This document shows positions 8,788-16,623 of a DNA stretch of 64,000 nt, in pieces. Both the position numbers and the translations under genes were made by a program. Under the pieces are notes generated by a model. That model did not search any database, had not been told where the DNA came from, and saw only the letters and a program-made list of their open reading frames with translations. How positions within the stretch are numbered: position 1 is the first letter of the stretch; each line of letters begins with the position of its first letter. Origin of the DNA: an uncultured bacterium (GTDB lineage: Bacteria > Fermentibacterota > Fermentibacteria > Fermentibacterales > JCC-6); assembly GCA_964604135.1 (NCBI GenBank), contig CAZRXU010000002.1:636-64635 (forward strand), in the 5' to 3' direction.

Positions 8788-10473
8788 TTACTGCTTTCCT
8801 TTCGCATTGGCCAGAACATCAGCTACAATTGGAAGAAGAAGCATGATAAGCCAGCCGAACAGGAACTCTTGGCTGCGGAGACCGAAACTTCCATAGGGGA
8901 CTTTCCGGGCAGCAATTTCTGTAAACAGCATCCAGATTATTCCCATTGGAATAAGCCATCTGATACAGATGTTCCACCACTGCCCAAGCCGGAAGCTTGA
9001 GTTTTCGGTGATGTACTGCCTCTGCTTTTCAGCACCGATCACCCAGCCGACCATAATGGTTTCCACCAGAACAACTATTGTGAGCCCGAAGCTGTTCATG
9101 AAGTGGTCGGCAATATCGAGAATGTAGAGACCTGCGCCGGTAAGCATGGGAAGGCCGAAAAGGAACCCCAGGCCACCTACAATGAGGTTGGCTTTTTTGT
9201 GGGAGAGTTTCCATTTGTCTTTAACTGAAGCAGTAGCTGCCTCCAGAAGGCTGAAAGCAGAGTCAACAGCAAGGGTGAGAAGCATCAGAAAAAACAGTAC
9301 ACCAAAGACTCGTGCCCCTGGAAGGTTGCTGATAATATGGGGGTATGCCACGAAAGCCAGGCCAGGGCCGGACTGGACAACCTCGGTTATTTGAACACCC
9401 ATTTTTGTAGCCTGATACCCCAGCGCAGAGAAAACTGCAAGACCTCCAAAGAAAGCAGTAAGGGCATCTGCTATTCCAATTACCATGGCAAAACCGGCTA
9501 TGTTGGTTTTCTTAGGTAAAAAGCTGCCGTAGGCAATCATTATGGCAAACCCCACGCTGAGGCTGAAAAATACCTGTGATATTGCGGCAAGCCAGATGTC
9601 TGCACTGAGCAGTTTGCTCCACACAGGTGTGAGGTAGTATGAGATACCGGCGCCGGCGCCGGGAAGCGTAACTCCCCTGATTATGAACAGTATAAGAAGA
9701 CCCCATGGGATGAATACAGTGTAGAACACAACTTTGCTTACTGTTTTTGTGCCTTTCCACACGGAAGCCACAATCCATACCCATGTTATTACAAACCCGA
9801 TGAGCAGGGGCCACCTGAATGTTCCCATGTCCCACGGTTCGCTTGTTAGACCCAGGAAGTCGTTGTAGAAGAAGTCTCCCGGTGACGACATGAAAGTATC
9901 TGCGTTGCCCAGGCTGGACATGGCGTAGAGGCTGCCCTCCCAGGCGACCAGGAATGTGCCGCTGCTCTGTACAGTGTACTGATTGCCGTCTACAGGGTCG
10001 GTAAATGCGTCTCCAACAAGCCGGTCGGGAACAGGCGTGAGAACTGCCATGTTGTCGAGATCTGTGGACTCCACAGCGTATTCAACATCTGCGTACTGCC
10101 CTATGTCGTGTTGCCAGCCAAGGGTGGCTGCCTCCCAGGTGTAGTTAACGCTCCACGACATGATAATGGCGTAGTAGGTAACAATCACAAAACCAACGCC
10201 GACTGCGAACCAGCCGAACCACTGCATCTTTGGGCGGAGCTTTGCAAATGCGCCGGGTGCCGCCTGTTTCGTCATGTGCCCTATACTGAATTCAAGCATA
10301 AGCAGGGGAATACCAGCTATGAAAAGGCAGACAAAATAGGCCACGAGAAATGCCCCGCCGCCGTTCTCATAAGTTATGTAGGGAAATCGCCAGATGTTGC
10401 CGAGACCTATGGCTGAACCGATGGCAGCCAGGACAAAGGCGGTTTTGCTGTTCCAGACTTCGCGAGTTGCCAA
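8788..10473 (-). CDS. Sodium-dependent transporter, neurotransmitter:sodium symporter (SNF/NSS) family
   Basis: N-terminal signature WNSKTAFVLAAIGSAIGLGNIWRFPY...ENGGGAFL. About 12 hydrophobic segments. TTG start with GAGGAGG 5 nt upstream. Confidence 0.9.
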   Translation of the reverse strand: MATREVWNSKTAFVLAAIGSAIGLGNIWRFPYITYENGGGAFLVAYFVCLFIAGIPLLMLEFSIGHMTKQAAPGAFAKLRPKMQWFGWFAVGVGFVIVTYYAIIMSWSVNYTWEAATLGWQHDIGQYADVEYAVESTDLDNMAVLTPVPDRLVGDAFTDPVDGNQYTVQSSGTFLVAWEGSLYAMSSLGNADTFMSSPGDFFYNDFLGLTSEPWDMGTFRWPLLIGFVITWVWIVASVWKGTKTVSKVVFYTVFIPWGLLILFIIRGVTLPGAGAGISYYLTPVWSKLLSADIWLAAISQVFFSLSVGFAIMIAYGSFLPKKTNIAGFAMVIGIADALTAFFGGLAVFSALGYQATKMGVQITEVVQSGPGLAFVAYPHIISNLPGARVFGVLFFLMLLTLAVDSAFSLLEAATASVKDKWKLSHKKANLIVGGLGFLFGLPMLTGAGLYILDIADHFMNSFGLTIVVLVETIMVGWVIGAEKQRQYITENSSFRLGQWWNICIRWLIPMGIIWMLFTEIAARKVPYGSFGLRSQEFLFGWLIMLLLPIVADVLANAKGKQ

Positions 10474-10608
10474 TTTACCCTCCTCGTTGATGGTGTGTTT
10501 CCATCAATTAGATTGAACTTGAACTCTTCAGTCAAGGGGTTGCTTGTCCTGCTTCGACTTGAAAATCAGGTACAGCCCTCTTGACTCTTATAGTATCACC
10601 GTAGTACT

Positions 10609-10812
10609 ATGTTAGTATGGCAAAAGAAGATAAGAGAGTTGATTGACGATCTGAAGAAGGCCGGGTTAATAAATCGTGGTGGCAAAGGCAGTCACCGAAA
10701 CTTCTCTCACCCGGAGGGGATGAAGATAACGCTGAGCGGTAACCTTTCGCACGATGCGAAAAAATACCAGGAGCGCGATGTTGAAAAAACAATTCGCGAG
10801 GTGACAGAATGA
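10609..10812 (+). CDS. hicA: HicA-family type II toxin (mRNA interferase)
   Basis: 67 aa. Motif G.KGSHRNFSHPEG..ITLSG is typical of HicA/YcfA. ATGA overlap with the next gene. Confidence 0.8.
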   Translation: MLVWQKKIRELIDDLKKAGLINRGGKGSHRNFSHPEGMKITLSGNLSHDAKKYQERDVEKTIREVTE

Positions 10813-11186
10813 AAGCCAGTGACAGATATCTTAAAATTGTAGAATGGTCGGAACAGGAACAGTGCTATGTCGGAACATGTGCCGGGCTGATGCTCGGTGG
10901 TGTTTATGGAAACGATGAGGCTGAAGTTTACCGCGAACTCTGCCAGGAGGTAGAAGAGTGGCTCGATATATACAAGCAGGATGAAGACCCTCTTCCCGCT
11001 GAGACAGCCGGGAAGGAGTACTCCGGCAGATTTGTGCTGCGCGTTGGCAAGGATCTTCACCGGGAGCTTGCAATTAACGCTTTGCGTCATAGTGAGTGCC
11101 TCAATACCCATTGCGTTAATCTGCTTCGGGAGGCACAGGTGCACTACGGAGAGAACAAACAGGGGAAAGGTGGTTTTCATGATTGA
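10809..11186 (+). CDS. hicB: HicB-family antitoxin
   Basis: N-terminal YLKIVEWSEQEQCYVGTC.GL..GVYG.DEAEVYREL matches the HicB RNase-H-like fold region. Sits directly after hicA with a 4-nt overlap. Confidence 0.75.
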   Translation: MKASDRYLKIVEWSEQEQCYVGTCAGLMLGGVYGNDEAEVYRELCQEVEEWLDIYKQDEDPLPAETAGKEYSGRFVLRVGKDLHRELAINALRHSECLNTHCVNLLREAQVHYGENKQGKGGFHD

Positions 11187-11799
11187 CTCCTTTGAGATGC
11201 AGAGGCGGTACTACACGGCTCAACTGGAGAAGTACAGAACGAAACCCGAATTGAACAGGGCAAAGATCAAAGATTGTGAATACTACCTCGGCATGCTGGA
11301 GGAGTCCGGGTCTTCCGAAGTGTTTATAAAAAGAGTTAAGGAAACAGGCAACATGGTTTCCTCGGCAAAGGCGGAGAGCACCGACAGATACACAAACCGT
11401 CTTCTTGTTTTTGAGAAGCTTGGAGAGCAGAAGAAGGCAGAAGAAGACAGGCTTCGTCTTGCTTTGATAGAGTCAGCTGAGAACCATGTTGAACTGAGCG
11501 CAAAGCTGGAGAGGTTTGAAACTGAAACCAGGTTGAGCTTCAATGAGAACAAAGCTATAACCGCCCTGGGAACAGTTATGAGCGCGGTGTTTCAGCTTGC
11601 CACAGATGGTGCTGGTTCCGCAGACGAGAAGAGGTCTCGTACAAACGCTGACGCTGGCTGGAAATTGATGCTGGAAGCTGATCCTGAAGCTTCGTGGGAG
11701 AAGATTGTTTCGTACCCTCCATACAGAGACAGAATAGTATTTACCGATACGCAGCTTCCCGTTCTTGAGAAGATATTCAGGGAGGTGTGCCATGGATAG
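11179..11799 (+). CDS. Hypothetical coiled-coil protein
   Basis: ATG 11179 overlaps the hicB stop by 8 nt (ATGATTGA). 206 aa, charged and helical. No motif recognised. Confidence 0.6.
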   Translation: MIDSFEMQRRYYTAQLEKYRTKPELNRAKIKDCEYYLGMLEESGSSEVFIKRVKETGNMVSSAKAESTDRYTNRLLVFEKLGEQKKAEEDRLRLALIESAENHVELSAKLERFETETRLSFNENKAITALGTVMSAVFQLATDGAGSADEKRSRTNADAGWKLMLEADPEASWEKIVSYPPYRDRIVFTDTQLPVLEKIFREVCHG

Positions 11800-12841
11800 C
11801 ACCGTAAAACAGATGCTGGACGGGTTTCTTTACTCGGTAAACAGCTATGCGTCTTCCCTGGGTGAAAACAATGAAAAACTGAACCGTGCAAAGCAGCTGA
11901 TAGATTCCCTTTACGCCAAGGCCGAAGAAGGTGCCGATATCACGGCCATCACCATGGATCCTGAATTTGGAGAGGCCGGTGCCCTTGTGGGAGCTCTTGC
12001 TTCCGAACCACCTCTTCCGGCAGCAGAGCAGACATCGGGGGCAGGTGATGAAACTGTGTTAGAAGTGCCTTCGGCATCGGTTGTAGCCGCTGGCTACCAC
12101 ATGGCCTTTGATGCACTGGATGCGGCTGCCCGCGAGAGCCAGGGTGTTTACTACAGCAGAATATTCGAGATTGAAGAGATGGCGGAGAACGCAGTTCATT
12201 TTAACACTCTTCTTGTGGAAGACGGTGTTCTGCTTGAAATGACCAGAGGCCCGCTGATCGCCACTGCAGAGCAAACACTTAAACAGGCGGAGACTGTATT
12301 TTCTCCCACTGTTGATTTTCAGCAAAAGCAGGCAGTGATAACCTATTCAGAAGTAAATACAGTTGCTGAACTGGAATTTGAGGGAACGAAGATGGCTGAG
12401 CTCTCCAATGTAGAGCATGTGTGGGATGCCCAGTTCATAGAGGTTCTAGGTCTGCTGCCTGGATGCGCTCAGGCTGTAGAGGCATTTGGTCCCACAGATG
12501 ACAACCTGGCAAAGCTCAGAAACAGTCACAGATTTATGGCAGATTTCATGGGTATTACCTGGAACGAGATTTTTGAAGATCCCCGTTATCTGCTTTTCTG
12601 GAACAATATGCTGTGGCCGTTGGTTCCTGCGGAGAAGAGGGCGAAGTACAGTGTTAGCACTGCAGAGGGATGGCGCGACCTGCTTAAAGAGAGGTTCTAT
12701 GATCCCTTTGTTAAAAAGGAACCTGTGTCTCAGTCGAATGCAGACAAGGCAGTTGTAAAGTTCCGGGGGAGCGTGTATCCGATACACAGAATTCTGGTGC
12801 TGTTGAATGATCCTCCAAGGCCGGAAATTGCGGGAAGTTAG
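11792..12841 (+). CDS. Hypothetical protein
   Basis: ATG 11792 overlaps the previous stop by 8 nt (ATGGATAG). 349 aa with no competing long ORF. No motif recognised. Confidence 0.6.
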   Translation: MDSTVKQMLDGFLYSVNSYASSLGENNEKLNRAKQLIDSLYAKAEEGADITAITMDPEFGEAGALVGALASEPPLPAAEQTSGAGDETVLEVPSASVVAAGYHMAFDALDAAARESQGVYYSRIFEIEEMAENAVHFNTLLVEDGVLLEMTRGPLIATAEQTLKQAETVFSPTVDFQQKQAVITYSEVNTVAELEFEGTKMAELSNVEHVWDAQFIEVLGLLPGCAQAVEAFGPTDDNLAKLRNSHRFMADFMGITWNEIFEDPRYLLFWNNMLWPLVPAEKRAKYSVSTAEGWRDLLKERFYDPFVKKEPVSQSNADKAVVKFRGSVYPIHRILVLLNDPPRPEIAGS

Positions 12842-12935
12842 GGAACCCGTTAGCTTGTAAAGCCTTGCAACCTGGAAGCATCTGGGTTATATCATGTGGG
12901 CTGGGCTGTTCCAGTGTTAAAGTTTGGAGGTCACG

Positions 12936-13925
12936 ATGAAAATTCTGATACCATTGCTACTGGTAATTTCCGGTATCTGCTTTGCCAGCAATGTGTACAT
13001 CTTTAACTACGATCAGGAAGATCTGATCTACGATCCTGCTGTAGGAGATTCTATAGATACGGGGTACTGGGTAGAGCAGACCCTGCTGGCTCTTGGGAAT
13101 ACAGTTGATTCCGGTACAGCTCTTCCCTCGGATCTCAGCTCTTACGATGCGGTGTTCATGATGATGGGCATATACACCTGTTGAGGCGATGACAATTTAA
13201 TCGCTCCGGCGGAGCGAGCTAAACTTATCACTTACCTGGATGCAGGCGGTTCAGTTTATTTTGAAGGTAATGATATTGGCTACGGCAACAAAACCTTCGA
13301 TATATGGAGCTACACCGGGCTTACGTACGCAGGGGACGGTGTTGCCCCGGCGACCGGTAACGTGCAGACTATAACTGGCTCTCTTGTGTGTTCCGGTATG
13401 GAGTTCAATTATCCATACAAAACCGAGCCGGACGGCTATGTAGATTATTTCACAGAAAGTGGTGGCGCGTCACTTTTTAAGAGTCAGGACGGTTTTATCA
13501 GGGTGGGCTGCTACACAGGTCCTTCCAATAATTACAGAACCATCACTTCTTCGGTGTTCTTCAGCGTATTTCAGGAGGGAAGTACCACCAGACAGGAGCT
13601 GATGGCTGTCTACATGGAGTTTCTAAACGAAGAAACAGGCATGACAGAGCAGAGCGGAGGTGCTGCATCCGGCTTTTCGGTGACAGCTGTTAACCCTGCA
13701 ACGGATTCCTTCAGTGTAACTCTGTTTTTACCCAGTCTGGCAATATGTAACCTGGAGTTGTTCGATGTTGCCGGCAGAAGAGTTGGAACAGTTGTTTCAG
13801 GAGTTGTGTCTTCAGGAACACACAACCTGATCGTACCCGGGGCGGAGCTGAGTTCCGGCGCATACCTGATTTCCGGAACTGTTGGAGGCGAGCGCGTTAG
13901 TCTTCGAACGGTTCTTGTTAAATAG
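12936..13925 (+). CDS. Secreted protein with a T9SS-type C-terminal sorting domain, interrupted by one in-frame TGA at 13182-13184 (pseudogene, recoding/selenocysteine or sequence error)
   Basis: Track ORFs 12924-13184 and 13362-13925 are in the same frame, and my hand translation of 13185-13361 contains no stop. The signal peptide (MKILIPLLLVISGICFA, GGAGG upstream of ATG 12936) is on the first piece. The sorting domain (...LELFDVAGRRVGTVV...GAYLISG...RTVLVK) is on the second. Confidence 0.6.
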
Positions 13926-13938
13926 ATAAAAGCAGGAA

Positions 13939-13971
13939 ACAGGCGCGCCGGAAGGTGCGCCTGTTTTTTTT
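13939..13971. terminator. Bidirectional rho-independent terminator between convergent genes
   Basis: ACAGGCGC (13939-13946) pairs with GCGCCTGT (13957-13964), followed by T8. A-rich on the other side. Confidence 0.75.
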
Positions 13972-16105
13972 ATCTTCCCGGCCCGAAAGAGTAATCGCTG
14001 CCGTATGAGAAAGTCCATCTGGTGTTTCCGTTTTCATCCCAGCCCGGGCCCAGTCTTGCAGTTCCCCCTGGAATGTTCACACCGCAGGCCAGGCCTGCAC
14101 CACGGTGAATGCTTCCATTGCGGTAGTGTTCCATTGAGTCAAAGTCATAGGTTGCGGCGGCTTCAACCTCGAGGAACATGGGACCAAGCACTTTTCTTGA
14201 TGCAAACAGGCTGCCGGCAACCCTTTCTCTTGTTGGAAGGGAGTTCCAGCGGTACCCTGGAATTCCTCTGGATGCAGTAAGTCTGGATTCTTCCCAGTCG
14301 TAGTTGTTTCCCCACAGAACAGAACCCCAGGTCGAAACTCCTGAGAGAAAAGAGCCCGGAAGCTCGGATATCTTTTCAATGTCCCACTTTACAACAGTAT
14401 GGGAACGGTTTTTTCGGGGACACCACCCGGCACTGAGGAAAAACCTGGTGCCTGGAGAGTTTATGGAGAGGTTTGACCTGGTGTCGGTGAGGCAGGACGC
14501 CGAAAGAAGCGGAAATGCCTGGGTTCCTGTTGTGTTTCTGGAGTACGACCGTGCCTTCCACCCTGCGGCCAGCTCCATGATTCCATACCATGAAAAAGAC
14601 CTTCTGACTGTGAGGCCAGCCGAATGATCAGTCCAGATTCTTAGATGGTTCACACCCTGTCTGTCAGGTTCGTAACCTTTTATCTGGTAGATGCTTCCAA
14701 ACAGGGTAAAGTATCTGTTTGTGTGCAGAGTGTTGGTTGAAGAACTCAGCTCAAGAAATGCATAATTACTGCCGCCTCCTGCGTTTACTATTGATTTTAT
14801 GCCCCGGTTGAATGTGTTTCTGTGTTCCAGAGTGATACGGGCATCCAGCCCGAAATCGTTGTTGTAGGAAAGTCCCAGCCCCAGAGTACCCGGGTCATCT
14901 TCTGTTACAGTGAATGCTATGTCGCACTTGTCGGGGCTCCCTGCAGGTAGCAGAGACATTCTTATCATGCTGAACAGCCCTGAAGCGTAGAGATTCTCAG
15001 CAGCATTCATGGCGATCTGTGTGTTAAGAGTGTCTCCCCGGGACAGATGAAGCCATCTGTCTATGGCTCGCATGGAAACGGTGCTGTTACCGGAGAAAAG
15101 GATATTTCTTACAGTGAAATCTGGTGGATGCCACCCTGTGCGTTCAGGGCCGCCTCTGGGAAGATCGGGGTGCTCGGCAATCCACGTCATACCCTGGTTG
15201 TAGCCCCAGGCCACAAGAGAGTCGGTGAGCTCGAAGCTCCACACAGCAGAGTTGTGCAGATCCGGAGTGAACAGCCATGTGGGCTCTCGTCTGTAGGAGT
15301 CGTTCACCCTGGTAGACAACGCGTTGAATGTGAGGCCGAAAACTGTAAGCAATGACGGAGCATCCGGGAACTCGGTGGGGTTGGCCCTTCCTACGTTCAC
15401 TGCCAGCACAGGAAGATCCGGCCATGCCTTCTCGGCAACATCAACAGGCATGTTGTCAAAAACGCCTCCGTCTACAAGCATAAGAGAGTCGTGGAGGAAC
15501 GGGGGGAATATGCCGGGAATAGCCATGCTTGCCAGCTGGTACCTGTATAGCTCTCCCTGGCTGAAAACTATACGATCCCTTGTGACCAGATCTGAAGAAA
15601 CCACTCTCAGAGGAATACGGAGGGAGTCGAATGAGAAGCCTTTCAGAACCTGTTCAGGCCCTGTCATTCCCGACAGAAGAAAGCCCACCCTCATATTTGA
15701 AACAGCACTTCCAGGCAATGTGGGCGTGAGACCTCTGAGATTGAGGCTGATAAGATCCTGCCTTCCTCTTATTCTGTCTGGAAGGAGGCTCATGTCGGGT
15801 ACAGGTGTAGAGCTGAAAAGTGTATTCCAGTCCATACCTGAAGTAAGGCTGTCAAGTTGTTCTGCGGAGTAACCGCAGGCGTAAAGCCCGGCCATAAGCG
15901 CACCCATGCTCGTTCCCGCAATGGCTGATACTCTTACATTGTTCTCCTCAAGTGCCTTCAAAAAACCAACATGGGCAAGACCTCTTGCTCCACCCCCTGC
16001 CAGAACAAGAGCTATTCCCCGGGGGGCAGTATTTGGAGGAGATTTTGCCAGGGAAGACGATACCGCCAGGATTAACAGCACGATTACAAACAGACGAACT
16101 CTCAT
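13970..16105 (-). CDS. Patatin-like phospholipase fused to an Omp85/surface-antigen beta-barrel (PlpD-like architecture)
   Basis: Signal peptide. Oxyanion motif LAGGGARG and nucleophile elbow GTSMG. DGG motif (LVDGGVFDN). Gly/aromatic-rich C-terminal half of about 350 aa, typical of Omp85 barrels. Confidence 0.8.
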   Translation of the reverse strand: MRVRLFVIVLLILAVSSSLAKSPPNTAPRGIALVLAGGGARGLAHVGFLKALEENNVRVSAIAGTSMGALMAGLYACGYSAEQLDSLTSGMDWNTLFSSTPVPDMSLLPDRIRGRQDLISLNLRGLTPTLPGSAVSNMRVGFLLSGMTGPEQVLKGFSFDSLRIPLRVVSSDLVTRDRIVFSQGELYRYQLASMAIPGIFPPFLHDSLMLVDGGVFDNMPVDVAEKAWPDLPVLAVNVGRANPTEFPDAPSLLTVFGLTFNALSTRVNDSYRREPTWLFTPDLHNSAVWSFELTDSLVAWGYNQGMTWIAEHPDLPRGGPERTGWHPPDFTVRNILFSGNSTVSMRAIDRWLHLSRGDTLNTQIAMNAAENLYASGLFSMIRMSLLPAGSPDKCDIAFTVTEDDPGTLGLGLSYNNDFGLDARITLEHRNTFNRGIKSIVNAGGGSNYAFLELSSSTNTLHTNRYFTLFGSIYQIKGYEPDRQGVNHLRIWTDHSAGLTVRRSFSWYGIMELAAGWKARSYSRNTTGTQAFPLLSASCLTDTRSNLSINSPGTRFFLSAGWCPRKNRSHTVVKWDIEKISELPGSFLSGVSTWGSVLWGNNYDWEESRLTASRGIPGYRWNSLPTRERVAGSLFASRKVLGPMFLEVEAAATYDFDSMEHYRNGSIHRGAGLACGVNIPGGTARLGPGWDENGNTRWTFSYGSDYSFGPGR

Positions 16106-16164
16106 TCAAGCAACCTCCATAAGCGGATTGGTAAAAGCATATTTACGGTATTATCTCATATTGC

Positions 16165-16500
16165 TTACTGTGACGCTACTTTTATAACAACGGATTTCGC
16201 ATTTCCAGTGTTGTGCAGGTGATGTATTTCATCTGGATGAACAACGGCACTGTCACCCTGAAGAAGCATGTCCAGTTCGTCTTCGCTGTGGCTGAGGGCC
16301 ACTCTGCCCTTGTATACAAAGTAAACCTCAGTCTGGCTGGAACTTTTTCTTGCGGTGCGGCCACCAGGCTCAAGGGTGATTCTGCGGACTGTGAATTTGT
16401 TGCTTCCGGATGCCGGGCCGGCCAGGATGGCTTCTTTTACTCCCCGCGAGCCTTTTTCACTGATACGTGTGTTTTTTGCGCCTCTTGTCATTACAGCCAT
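16165..16500 (-). CDS. Cupin-domain protein
   Basis: Cupin-like segments G.....H.H...EVYFVYKG and GDSAVVHPDEIHHLHNTG. Start at ATG 16500, preceded by GGAGG. Confidence 0.65.
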   Translation of the reverse strand: MAVMTRGAKNTRISEKGSRGVKEAILAGPASGSNKFTVRRITLEPGGRTARKSSSQTEVYFVYKGRVALSHSEDELDMLLQGDSAVVHPDEIHHLHNTGNAKSVVIKVASQ

Positions 16501-16623
16501 CTCTGCCTCCTTTACCCGAAGGGAAGAACAAGTTATCTTACCCAACCAGTGCCATATATAGATACGTTGAATTGCCTTGTATCATCATTGATGATATACA
16601 AGTAAAACCCAGCAGGAGGAAAG

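Noticed and set aside
10581-10610. TTGACT-18 nt-TACTAT as the hicAB promoter.
   Set aside because: The -10 hexamer overlaps the hicA ATG at 10609. The transcript would therefore start inside the coding region, which is inconsistent unless the annotated start is wrong.
13182-13184. Genome-wide reassignment of TGA (for example code 4 or 25) as the explanation for the in-frame TGA.
   Set aside because: Many well-supported genes in this window terminate at TGA with correct family-typical lengths, including hicA, the rSAM gene, murB and the response regulator.
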